DNA from: Polyangia bacterium
Lineage (GTDB): Bacteria > Myxococcota_A > Polyangia > JAHFDS01 > DATFWX01
Reading direction: 5' to 3'
Length of the DNA: 64,000 nucleotides
NCBI GenBank assembly: GCA_035258845.1
Contig: DATFWX010000218.1
Coordinates: forward strand, 17,354 to 81,353
Part shown: one piece after another, positions 46,305-55,139 of the stretch
Layout: the number at the start of each line of letters is the position of its first letter
Position numbering within the stretch: position 1 is the first letter of the stretch
Translations under genes and position numbers: made by a program
The notes under the pieces: model-generated
Told to the model about the DNA's origin: nothing
Seen by the model: only the letters and a program-made list of their open reading frames with translations
Database searches by the model: none

Positions 46305-47887
46305 TCCCTCGTGGGCTCGAGCGTGACGTCAATCGCGATCTGCTGACCTGGCTGCAAGGTCACCTCCCGCTCCACCGTGCGATAACCAGGGGCTGCCACC
46401 ACCAACCCGTGGGCGCCCGGCTCCTTGGTTTCGATACGCGCCCGCCGGACCGATCGCGCTACCATTTGGTGGTCGAGCCAGATCCGCGCCTCCACATTGA
46501 CCTTTAGTGTAATCACGCTGGGCTCGTGCCCTGGGGTGGGCGGCGTGTTGAGCTGCATCGGCGGCATGGATGGTCGCGCGCTCGACCCATCCCTGCCGTC
46601 CCAACGCTGATACAGCGCCCAGCCGGCCAGGATGACGCCCACACCCACCGTCAACGCGAGCAGGAACAAGAACACCGGCGAGATCCGCTCGTGCTCGGGC
46701 GCGGCCGTCACCTCGCGGCGCGGCTCCGGGGTGAGGCTCAGCTCGGGCTCGAGCTCGGGCTCGAGCTCGGGCTCAGGCTCGAGCTCGGGCTCAGGCTGGA
46801 ACTCGAGCTCGGGCTCGCGCTTGGGACCGGGACTGAGCACCCGCGCACCCGGCGACGAACCGCTCGGCGGCGACGGGCGCATGAGCGCGGGAGCCGGGTT
46901 GCGAACGATGGGGCCGGCCGGCCGCCGCACGGTTCGCGACCGCCGGGGCTCGGGCAGCTGCTGGTCGGGCGGAAGAACTTTGGTCTCGCCCACGCCCGCG
47001 AACGGGTTGAGCGCGCGCCGCGAAGGCGACGAGCCCGGCTCCTCGGGCAGGGAGGCGCTCTGATCGAGCAGCTGATCGCGCACATCCTGCACGGTCGGGC
47101 GCTTTTGCGGATCCTTGTCGAGCATGCGTAGGAGCAGGCGCTCGAGCTGCTGCGGGATGTCGGGCCACAGCTCGCGCGGCTCTGGCTCCACCACCGAGTG
47201 GGCCTTCACGGGACGGCGCCCCAGCAGCATCTCGAACGCCATCACACCGAGCGAGTAGACGTCGGATTCGGGGCTGATCGCGAGCGCGTGCGTCTGCTCC
47301 GGGGACGCGTAGGCAGCCGCGCTGAGCACCACGGTGGGCGCATTGTACGCGCGGTCACCGGACAGCAACTTGGCGATGCCCACATCCGCCACCTTCACCA
47401 GATCGAACCGGGTGGGCAAGAGAATCAGGAAAACATTGCTGGGATGGAGCCCTCCGTGCGCCACGCCCTGGCCATGGCAGAACTCGAGGCCATCGCACAC
47501 CTGCACCAGGATGTCGATCGCATCCAGGTGGCGCAGTCTGCGGTCACGCATCCGCGCGGCCAGCGTCTCCCCCTCGATCCAGTCGCGGATGACGTAGAAG
47601 CAGCCATCGGGCAGAGTCCCGAAGGCCAAAACATCCGCGAGGTTCGGGTGCCGGATGCGGTTCAGGATCCGGACTTCATCGAGAAAGCAGTGCACCGCGC
47701 CAGGGGGCAGACCGGCCGAGATGATGCGGAGTGCCACTTCTTTGCCCACGGAGGGCTGTCGCGCGCGGTAGACAGCGCTAAGCGCGTCCTCCGCGATCTT
47801 GTCATGCACCTGGTAGTCGACCGCAAACTCTCGAGGAACCCCAGGGCTCGGTAGGTCCCCAGCAGCCGGCCGCTCCCTCATCGCCAT
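46301..47887 (-). CDS. PpkA-like Ser/Thr pseudokinase with periplasmic C-terminal domain
   Basis: Kinase fold present but catalytic signatures are degenerate. Gly-loop IAEDALSAVY (no GxGxxG). VALR instead of VAIK. HGGLHPSN instead of HRDLKPxN. DVG instead of DFG. APE retained as SPE. A PEPELE tandem repeat is followed by a TM helix (VFLFLLALTVGVGVILAGWAL) and a ~100-aa C-terminal domain. Confidence 0.7.
   Translation of the reverse strand: MAMRERPAAGDLPSPGVPREFAVDYQVHDKIAEDALSAVYRARQPSVGKEVALRIISAGLPPGAVHCFLDEVRILNRIRHPNLADVLAFGTLPDGCFYVIRDWIEGETLAARMRDRRLRHLDAIDILVQVCDGLEFCHGQGVAHGGLHPSNVFLILLPTRFDLVKVADVGIAKLLSGDRAYNAPTVVLSAAAYASPEQTHALAISPESDVYSLGVMAFEMLLGRRPVKAHSVVEPEPRELWPDIPQQLERLLLRMLDKDPQKRPTVQDVRDQLLDQSASLPEEPGSSPSRRALNPFAGVGETKVLPPDQQLPEPRRSRTVRRPAGPIVRNPAPALMRPSPPSGSSPGARVLSPGPKREPELEFQPEPELEPEPELEPELEPELSLTPEPRREVTAAPEHERISPVFLFLLALTVGVGVILAGWALYQRWDGRDGSSARPSMPPMQLNTPPTPGHEPSVITLKVNVEARIWLDHQMVARSVRRARIETKEPGAHGLVVAAPGYRTVEREVTLQPGQQIAIDVTLEPTRE
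46738..46815. repeat. 12-bp tandem repeat (ctcgggctcgag / ctcaggctcgag, ~6 units) encoding (PELE/PEPE)n linker
   Basis: Read directly at 46741-46815. Lies within the pseudokinase gene, just upstream of its TM segment in protein coordinates. Confidence 0.7.
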
Positions 47888-47979
47888 ATCCAGAAGGAGA
47901 ATCTACTTCGGCCAAGGCTTCGGGTCAATTCGGGAAATAGGCGATCGACAGATGTGGGCCCGACACCTATAATCTCCCC

Positions 47980-48768
47980 ATGGCACAGAATCTGTCGCAG
48001 CCGAGCGGATGGAAAGGCTCGACGGTCACGGACCCCACGCGGCCGCGCGTGTACACGGGCTTTTTCGATGGCAGCAACGAAGCGGAGCGCCAGTTTCTGG
48101 CCGCCCTGCCCAAGGTGACCAAGTTCATCAACGATCGCTTGAAAGCGGGCGGCTATGCCTTCGACGTCCACCAGGCCGAGATCGCAACCAACTTCATCGG
48201 GGAAGGCGGCTACTATCCGCTGCACTGGAACTACTGGCAGCACATCGACGGCTTTGGCGCGCTGGGAATCGACACCTTCGTGCAGCGGCGCCAGGCGCTC
48301 AAGCGTTGGGTCCCCGATTCGGTCATGAAGCTGGCCGACGACCCCCACCACGTCGGCAAGACTCTGAATGAAAAGCGCGAGACGGTGACGTTCCTCACCG
48401 ATCTCGACATGGAGCAGGGCCTGTACGCGAACGCGGGCATGTTCGCGCTGTGCATCGCCACGGCTGCCAACGACATCCCCGGATTTGCGCAGCTCCCGCG
48501 CAAAGTCCGCTTCTTCTGGGCAACCGTCTACTACAATTCGGGCGAGGGCAAGGGACGCTCGCTGCTCAAGCAGCACGGCGTCGACTACTACAAGACTCCG
48601 TGGAAGGGCCCCGAGAACATGATGTCGCCGCTCTTCAACGCGCTCTGGCGCATGCGCACCATGGAGACGCTGCTGCAGGCGCTGTGGCCGGGAACCGATC
48701 GTCCCCCGCCGGCGGCGCCGTCCAGCAACCCCGACCCGGCGTCGAGCGAAAAGGACCCGAATTCGTAG
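47980..48768 (+). CDS. hypothetical protein
   Basis: 262 aa with good GC3 bias. No signal peptide or recognisable motif. Convergent with vgrG. Confidence 0.45.
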   Translation: MAQNLSQPSGWKGSTVTDPTRPRVYTGFFDGSNEAERQFLAALPKVTKFINDRLKAGGYAFDVHQAEIATNFIGEGGYYPLHWNYWQHIDGFGALGIDTFVQRRQALKRWVPDSVMKLADDPHHVGKTLNEKRETVTFLTDLDMEQGLYANAGMFALCIATAANDIPGFAQLPRKVRFFWATVYYNSGEGKGRSLLKQHGVDYYKTPWKGPENMMSPLFNALWRMRTMETLLQALWPGTDRPPPAAPSSNPDPASSEKDPNS

Positions 48769-48778
48769 CTTCGTTCGC

Positions 48779-50524
48779 TCAGCAGTTCAGCTTGACCATA
48801 CCGCCCTTGATGTCGTTGACGTTCTGCGCAACCGCATCGATGTCGGGCGCCGTGATGCTGATCCGGTCGGGCGTGAGAACGACTTTCGAGTTGCCGACCT
48901 GGATCTCGATCCGATCGGTCGCGGTGAGCGAGATGGTCTTGGCGGAGTGCTTGGCGTCGTTGACGACTTCGGTTTCCCAGTCGTGTCCGACCTGCATCCG
49001 GCTGTCTTTCTGCGCGCGGATGTAGACCTCCTCCGAGCCCGCCGCGTCTTCGAACCGCAGCTCGTTGTGCCCGTTGTTGCCCGGCGACGAGCTGGTCATG
49101 ATGGTCGAGATGGTCTTGGACTTGGGCAGATCGTAGGGCACCGGGTGGGAGCCGTTGTAGGTCTGGCCGACGATGACGGGCCGATCGGGATCGCCTTCCA
49201 GAAACTGGACCAGCACCTCCTGACCCACGCGAGGGATGAAGATGGCGCCCCAGCGTGCGCCTGCCCACGCCTGCGCCACCCGGATCCAGCAGGAGCTGTC
49301 GGGGTTGTCTCCGCCGCCGCGGTCCCACCGGAAGCGCACCTTGACGCGGCCGAACGAATCGACGTCGATCTCCTCGCCCGCCTTGCCCACGACTTCGGCC
49401 GAGTGGAGCCCGAGGACGATTGGACGCGGCGTGACGCGTGAAGGCCGGTACAGAACAGCCGCGCCGTCGTTGCCCTTGTCCTTGGTCGGCACCGCCAAGA
49501 AGTCGTTGGAATACCCGAGCGCGCCGCCGGCGTGGTTGACCGACTCGACCAGATACTCCTGGTTCAAGTCTTCGCGCGGGTAGCGCAGGCCCTCGTGAAC
49601 TGCGTCCCCCAGATCGAAGGTCAGGCCCGGCACCAGGCGGTTGCAATTGCTGTGACCGTGACCCGTGAACTTGGTGGCCTGGAGCTCTTCGAGGCGCACC
49701 TTGGCCAGGCGGGACGCCAGATCGGTGTCGACGCACTCGGCCGGATAGTCGTAGATCTGCCCGGCCGCCTCCTGCGCCGCGGCGGTGGCACCCACATCCA
49801 GACGCGGGCTCTTGAAGCTGTAGTCGCGCAGCGTGACCTGGTGCGGCCGCAGATCCTTGCGGAACGTCAGATCCCAGATCGAATCGAGGTCCTGCGACAT
49901 CCCGTGCTCGGGCGTATAGGCGATGGCGGCGTCGGTCTTGCTTTCGGAGATGGAACGGAAACCTGATACGTCGTCGGTGCAGACCATCTTCAGGTGGTCT
50001 TGGCTGTGCTCGAAGTAATAGGTGATGCCCTCTTCCTCGAGCAGGCGTGAGATGAACTCGAGATCCTGCTCGCGATACTGCACGCAGTAATCGCGCGGCG
50101 TGTAATTGGCCTTGAGCTTCCACTCCACCTCGGTCTGGATGCCGCCCTTCTGCAGCACGTCGGTGACGACCTGGCGGGTCGTCTTGTGCTGGTAGATGCG
50201 CAGGTTTCGGTTGAGCGACAGCCTGAGCAGCGGCGGCGTCAGCACGACCCGGTTGACCACATAGTTTTCGAGCGGTGTGCGCTCGTTGGCGATGGTTTGT
50301 ACGCGGAAGATGACACCGTGCACGTTCCGGGTGGCCTGGCGCCCGGGAACGATCAGGCAGCCCTTCTTTCCCAGCATGGATTCGAACGGATAAGACAATG
50401 GGAGCAAGAGGTCGATGTGAAACTGGTAGGGTGTCGAAAGCGCCTCGGTCCCCGAAAAGCTCTGGACACGAATCTGCTCGTCGGACCCTTCGACCGTGAA
50501 ACGAAAAGGGAATTGCAGTTGCAT
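48779..50524 (-). CDS. vgrG: type VI secretion spike protein VgrG (TssI)
   Basis: gp27-like N-terminal and gp5-like OB-fold regions (..VLTPPLLRLSLNRNLRIYQ.., ..GRVKVRFRWDRGG.., ..RVAQAWAGARWGAIFIPRVGQEVLVQFLEGDPDRPVIVG..). No long C-terminal effector extension. Confidence 0.85.
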   Translation of the reverse strand: MQLQFPFRFTVEGSDEQIRVQSFSGTEALSTPYQFHIDLLLPLSYPFESMLGKKGCLIVPGRQATRNVHGVIFRVQTIANERTPLENYVVNRVVLTPPLLRLSLNRNLRIYQHKTTRQVVTDVLQKGGIQTEVEWKLKANYTPRDYCVQYREQDLEFISRLLEEEGITYYFEHSQDHLKMVCTDDVSGFRSISESKTDAAIAYTPEHGMSQDLDSIWDLTFRKDLRPHQVTLRDYSFKSPRLDVGATAAAQEAAGQIYDYPAECVDTDLASRLAKVRLEELQATKFTGHGHSNCNRLVPGLTFDLGDAVHEGLRYPREDLNQEYLVESVNHAGGALGYSNDFLAVPTKDKGNDGAAVLYRPSRVTPRPIVLGLHSAEVVGKAGEEIDVDSFGRVKVRFRWDRGGGDNPDSSCWIRVAQAWAGARWGAIFIPRVGQEVLVQFLEGDPDRPVIVGQTYNGSHPVPYDLPKSKTISTIMTSSSPGNNGHNELRFEDAAGSEEVYIRAQKDSRMQVGHDWETEVVNDAKHSAKTISLTATDRIEIQVGNSKVVLTPDRISITAPDIDAVAQNVNDIKGGMVKLNC

Positions 50525-50739
50525 GACGTCTCCTCCCGGGCTTGTCCGCTGGTCCTACGGGCAGTGTAGCACCCCCCATCGGGCGGGGTGGCAGGGAACA
50601 CTTTTCGGGGTTCCGGGAAACGTGCGCTCGCTCACCGTTGGAGCTTTCAGCCGCCGTGGCTAGCGCGTGCGTTTATATCAAGGTAGCATGTCCGCCGCAC
50701 CAACCGCGACATCACCAAACCATCAACCAGGAGCGCACC

Positions 50740-51150
50740 ATGGGTCTTGCCGAGCGTCGTGCCGCTAAGGAGTACGAGACCAAGCATCTGCCCAGGCTCA
50801 AGCAGGAGATCGTGCAGGCAGCCGGGTTCGAGGTCCCCATCGAGATCAACTGGGAGTCTTTGAGCGCGCCCGACCAGGCTCATCTGTACGAGGAGTGTTG
50901 GACCAAGGTCTACTTCACGCCCCTTATCGGTGCCTTCAAGGCCATCTGTGTCGACGACCTAGGTAAGGATGCGCTCAAGGGCAGCCTGAAGAAAATCGTG
51001 ATCACCAACACCGCCGGGATCTACTACGGCGACCGCATGGCGAGCTTCATGGACGGCGTGCTCACGCTCAATCACGAGCCGACCACCAATGTCGACTCGA
51101 TCGAGGAGAGGCAGAAGGGCATCCAGAAGACCCTCGAAGCCGCCCTGTAG
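50740..51150 (+). CDS. hypothetical protein
   Basis: 137 aa. RBS caGGAGcgcacc upstream of the ATG. Divergent from vgrG. Confidence 0.45.
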   Translation: MGLAERRAAKEYETKHLPRLKQEIVQAAGFEVPIEINWESLSAPDQAHLYEECWTKVYFTPLIGAFKAICVDDLGKDALKGSLKKIVITNTAGIYYGDRMASFMDGVLTLNHEPTTNVDSIEERQKGIQKTLEAAL

Positions 51151-51164
51151 CCTCGCGTTCCCGA

Positions 51165-51884
51165 ATGGACCCGAAGCTGGACGTCCTTCAACGCCTGCCC
51201 CCGCGGCCCCTGAGTCGGCTGCTCGGCGACCTGGCGGCCCTCCGGCAGCGCGCTGCGGCCGGGGAGTCGGTTTCAGTGCCCCTGACTACCCTGCACCTGC
51301 GCACGGGACGCGATGTGGTGGGCTGGGTGGTCGCACTCGACCAGGCCGGATGGTTGCTCGTCCACGGCGCCGGCCCCGACCCGCGCCAACCCGGCTACGA
51401 CGCGGTGTATCTGCCGCTGGCGGCGGTCGAGGCGCTGACCGTGCACGATGCGCCCGCGGCGGCGCCGTTCCTGTCCGAGGGCCGACTGGCCGCGCCCGAG
51501 CAGCCCGCGCCCGGGCTGGGACCACCGCCCTCGCGTCTCGAGCTCAAGCGCAAGCTGGCCGAGCACACGAACGCGCTGCGCGCTGCGGTTGGCTCTTCCC
51601 TATCGGTCGAGGTGGAGTGGTCGGGCGTGGCGGCCGAGGGCGAGGCGTTGCGCACGCTCGACCGGCTGATCGAGGACACCGTCAAGGTCGCCATGGAGTT
51701 GGCGAAAGACGAGATGGGGCGGTCCGCGCTCGGTCGGCTCACCCGGCTGTGCTTTGGCGAGGGGTCGTCGCCCGACGTGCGGCTTGATGGGACGGCAGTG
51801 CTGGTGGTGGCGCGGCTCGCGCTCGGAGTCGCCGGCCGCCTCGGTCGCAGCCAGCTCAAGGAGGCGCTCGAGCGGGTGCTGTAG
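51165..51884 (+). CDS. hypothetical protein
   Basis: 239 aa, Ala/Leu-rich. No motif recognised. 14 bp downstream of the previous gene. Confidence 0.4.
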   Translation: MDPKLDVLQRLPPRPLSRLLGDLAALRQRAAAGESVSVPLTTLHLRTGRDVVGWVVALDQAGWLLVHGAGPDPRQPGYDAVYLPLAAVEALTVHDAPAAAPFLSEGRLAAPEQPAPGLGPPPSRLELKRKLAEHTNALRAAVGSSLSVEVEWSGVAAEGEALRTLDRLIEDTVKVAMELAKDEMGRSALGRLTRLCFGEGSSPDVRLDGTAVLVVARLALGVAGRLGRSQLKEALERVL

Positions 51885-51948
51885 GCGCGCCGGCCGCTGG
51901 CGGCGGGTTGCGAGGAGCGCGCGCCCGTCCTACTCTTCCAGGGCTGGC

Positions 51949-53178
51949 ATGAGCCCCTGGCAGCTTTTTCGGGTCGCCCTGCGCGCGCTCGCGCGCAACA
52001 AGGGCCGCTCGTTCCTGACCGTCCTTGGCATCATCATCGGGGTGGCGGCGGTGATCGCGATGGTTGCCATCGGCGAGGGGGCGCGCGTTCGGGTCAAAGA
52101 GGCTTTTTCCGCGATGGGCACCAACCTTCTCATCGTCCGATCGGGCAGCTCGCACTGGGGCGGCGTGCGCGGCGGCTTCGGCTCGCAGCCCACCATCACC
52201 TGGGACGATTTTCGGGCCATCCAGCAACTTCCGAGCGTGCGCCACGCGACCGTGCGGCCCGAGGTGAGGGCGCAGGTGCAGAGCGAAGAGTCGAACTGGT
52301 CGACCGATCTGGGCGGCGTGACGCCGGACTTTTTTCAGATCCGGATCTGGCCCATTCTGTCGGGCCGCCACATCAGTCAGAGTGACGTCGACAACGGCAA
52401 CAAGGTCATGGTGCTGGGCCAGACCGTGGCCGCCCGCCTGTTCGGCCCCGGCACCGATCCGCTCGGGCAGCAGGTGCGGGTCGGCAATGTTCCCTTCACG
52501 GTCATCGGGATCCTCACGCACAAGGGCCAGACGCCGCACGGCTCCGATCTGGACGACAACGCCTACATCCCGGCCTCGACCTTTCGCGCCAAGATCCTGG
52601 GCAGCCTGAAGAACTACATCGACGGCGCGCTGTTCGTGAGCGCGATCTCGGAAGCGGCGGCTGCGCGCACCGAGCAGCAGATCGTCGAGCTCCTGCGCGA
52701 CCGCCATCATCTGCAGGCCGGGCTCGACGATGATTTTCAGGTGCGCAACATGGTCGAGCTGGCGTCGGCCCAGGACGACGGCGTGCGCGCCATGCGAACT
52801 CTCTTGGCCGGCGTGGCGGCGGTGTCACTGGTCATCGCGGGCATCGGGATCATGAACATCATGCTGGTCAGCGTCACCGAGCGAACGCGCGAGATCGGGG
52901 TGCGGCTGGCGGTGGGCGCCCATGCACGCGACATTCTCTGGCAGTTTCTCGCGGAGGCGCTGATGCTGTCGCTGGTCGGGGGCGTGCTCGGCGTCGGCCT
53001 GGGCATCCTGGCCTCCGAGCGCATGAGCACGTGGTTCGACTGGCCGCTGCTCCTGCGGACCGACAGCATCGTGGCGGCGGTCTTGGTGAGCGCGACGGTG
53101 GGCGTCGTGTTCGGCCTCTATCCGGCCTGGCGGGCGGCCGCGCTCGATCCCATCGAGGCGCTGCGCTTCGAGTCCTAG
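51949..53178 (+). CDS. ABC transporter permease, MacB/FtsX family
   Basis: N-terminal TM helix, a large periplasmic domain, then 3 C-terminal TM helices with the FtsX-type conserved region (LVSVTERTREIGVRLAVGA). Confidence 0.75.
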   Translation: MSPWQLFRVALRALARNKGRSFLTVLGIIIGVAAVIAMVAIGEGARVRVKEAFSAMGTNLLIVRSGSSHWGGVRGGFGSQPTITWDDFRAIQQLPSVRHATVRPEVRAQVQSEESNWSTDLGGVTPDFFQIRIWPILSGRHISQSDVDNGNKVMVLGQTVAARLFGPGTDPLGQQVRVGNVPFTVIGILTHKGQTPHGSDLDDNAYIPASTFRAKILGSLKNYIDGALFVSAISEAAAARTEQQIVELLRDRHHLQAGLDDDFQVRNMVELASAQDDGVRAMRTLLAGVAAVSLVIAGIGIMNIMLVSVTERTREIGVRLAVGAHARDILWQFLAEALMLSLVGGVLGVGLGILASERMSTWFDWPLLLRTDSIVAAVLVSATVGVVFGLYPAWRAAALDPIEALRFES

Positions 53179-53189
53179 GCGGCGGGTGA

Positions 53190-54734
53190 TTGACCGTCCG
53201 GGCCGCCACGGCTACGCTCAGAAGCGCAGTGTTGCGACCACCACTGTCGCTGCTTGTTGGCAGTGCGTTGGCGCTCGCCTGTTCGGGTGATCCGCCCGCG
53301 CCGGCGACGTCGACGCATGTGCGCGCTCTGAACGGCGCGCTCAGCAACTGGACGCAAACGGGCGCGCTCAACGAGGGCAAGGTCGGGCACGGGGTCGCCA
53401 CCGCCAACGGCTACCTGTACGCGATCGGGAGCGCGAACGGCTCTGGCGACGTCGAGTACGCGCATCCCGATCCGAGCACCGGGGTGATCGCGAACTGGTC
53501 GCGCGGGAGCCCACTGCCGGCTGGAAAGCAGGCCCTGGGCGCCGCCGCCACAAATGGTTTTCTCTACGCGCTCAGCGGATCCAATACCAGCGGTGCGCCC
53601 GCCACCCCCGACGTGGTCGTGGCCCCGATCGACCCGGCCACGGGCGCGGTCGGGACGTGGACCTACACGACCGCGCTTCCCGACGCGCGCTCGGGCGCCG
53701 CCGCTGCCACCTCGGGCGGCTATCTGTACGTGATCGGGGGTGGAGCCAGAACCACCTGCTGCTTCAACACCGTCTTCTACGCGCAGATAAACCCGAGCAA
53801 CGGAACGCCGGGAAGCTGGAGCATGGCGACCATGCCTGTGCTCGTGCTGGGTGCGGCCGCCGTCGCCCACAATGGTTTCTTGTACGTCGCGGGCGGGCTC
53901 GGCGGCCCAGCGCTGCCACCGCACAACCTGAACACCGTGATGTACGCGCAGCTGCAAGCCAACGGAGCGCCCGGCGCCTGGACCACGGTGAGCGCGCCCT
54001 GGACCGCGCGCCGTGATCTGGCTGTGGCCGCCCTCGGCGACTACCTGTACGTGGTGGGGGGGACCGCCGACAACAACCATCCCGCCACCAGCGACCTGCC
54101 GGACGTGTGGGTGGCCCCGCTCAACTCCAATGGCTCCATCGGCACCTGGACCACCACCAGCGCGCTGCCGTCACCGCGGCGACGCGTCGGGCTGGCGGGG
54201 CTGGGCACCTTTCTGTACGCGACCGGCGGCACGGCAGGAAACGCATCCAACAAGACCTCGCAGGTGCTTTATGCCTCGGCCAGCCCGTGCATTGGCGCGC
54301 CCAACGGCACGCCCTGCTCGGACGGCGACCCGTGCAACGGGATGGAGACCTGCCAGGGTGGCGTCTGCATGCGCGGCACGCCGCTCACCTGCGATGACCA
54401 GAATCCGTGCACGGACGATTCGTGCGCGGCTCCGGGCGGCTGCCAGTATACGCCCCGACCCGACGGCACGCCGTGCCCGAGCGGGAGCTGCTCGGGCGGG
54501 CTCTGCCGGACCGGAGGCGGGGGCGCGGGCGGATTCGGGGGTGGAGTCGGCGGAGGCGGCGGCCACGCGGGATCGGGCGGGACGGCCGGGACGGCGGGCA
54601 ACCGCAACCAGCTCGGGGTCGAGGGCTGCGCATGCCGCGCGGCGGCAGCGCAGGCAGGCGAGACCGGCGGCGGTGGCTGGGCCCTTTTTGCCCTGGCGGT
54701 CGGCCTGATGGGGCGGCGGCGCCGTAGCTCGTGA
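53190..54734 (+). CDS. Kelch-repeat protein with Cys-rich stalk and MYXO-CTERM-like anchor
   Basis: Signal peptide. About 6 Kelch-like blades (GYLYAIGG, GFLYALSG, GYLYVIGG, GFLYVAGG, DYLYVVGG, TFLYATGG). Cys-rich EGF-like stretch. C-terminus GCACRAAAAQAGETGGGGWALFALAVGLMGRRRRSS*. Confidence 0.75.
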   Translation: MTVRAATATLRSAVLRPPLSLLVGSALALACSGDPPAPATSTHVRALNGALSNWTQTGALNEGKVGHGVATANGYLYAIGSANGSGDVEYAHPDPSTGVIANWSRGSPLPAGKQALGAAATNGFLYALSGSNTSGAPATPDVVVAPIDPATGAVGTWTYTTALPDARSGAAAATSGGYLYVIGGGARTTCCFNTVFYAQINPSNGTPGSWSMATMPVLVLGAAAVAHNGFLYVAGGLGGPALPPHNLNTVMYAQLQANGAPGAWTTVSAPWTARRDLAVAALGDYLYVVGGTADNNHPATSDLPDVWVAPLNSNGSIGTWTTTSALPSPRRRVGLAGLGTFLYATGGTAGNASNKTSQVLYASASPCIGAPNGTPCSDGDPCNGMETCQGGVCMRGTPLTCDDQNPCTDDSCAAPGGCQYTPRPDGTPCPSGSCSGGLCRTGGGGAGGFGGGVGGGGGHAGSGGTAGTAGNRNQLGVEGCACRAAAAQAGETGGGGWALFALAVGLMGRRRRSS

Positions 54735-54784
54735 TCGCACGCGCATTGACCTGAGCCACTGGCCGAGGTAGTATTTTTTTGTCG

Positions 54785-54850
54785 CCTGGGCGCTCGCGCC
54801 CGGGTTTTTTTTTGCCGTCTGGAGCCGACCTCCAGGCGGCGTTTTTCATT
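54785..54850 (+). terminator. two tandem rho-independent terminator hairpins after the Kelch gene
   Basis: Hairpin 1 is CCTGGGCG-ctcg-CGCCCGGG followed by T9 (54785-54813). Hairpin 2 is CTGGAG-ccgac-CTCCAG followed by gcggcgTTTTT (54819-54846). Confidence 0.6.
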
Positions 54851-54863
54851 TTGGAGGTTCGCG

Positions 54864-55139
54864 ATGGCGCAGGATGTCAGCAAGTACGAGCCCATCATCA
54901 CGCTGTTTCTGGCGGGCCGCCTGCCGCGCATGAACCACGCCCGTCATGTTGCAGTGGCCAACATCCTGCGCCACCTGCCCCATGGTCGCGCGCTCATGCA
55001 CCTGGGGATTCAGGTCACCGCGGTGCGCGCGGGCGTGCCCGAAAAATACAGCCGGGAAGTGACCGATTCCTACTGGGACCTACTGGACGGCGCGTTGCCC
55101 AGCCTCGACGAGTTCGCCGACGTGCTGCCCAAAGAGTGA
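54864..55139 (+). CDS. small hypothetical protein
   Basis: 91 aa. RBS GGAGGttcgcgATG. Good GC3 bias. Its 3' end overlaps the 3' tail of the convergent beta-helix gene by about 125 nt. Confidence 0.45.
   Translation: MAQDVSKYEPIITLFLAGRLPRMNHARHVAVANILRHLPHGRALMHLGIQVTAVRAGVPEKYSREVTDSYWDLLDGALPSLDEFADVLPKE

Noticed and set aside
48588-50579. 663-aa alternative-frame ORF overlapping vgrG
   Set aside because: Same strand but different frame from vgrG. Translation is Arg/Pro/Gly-rich low complexity. The vgrG frame has gp27/gp5 signatures.
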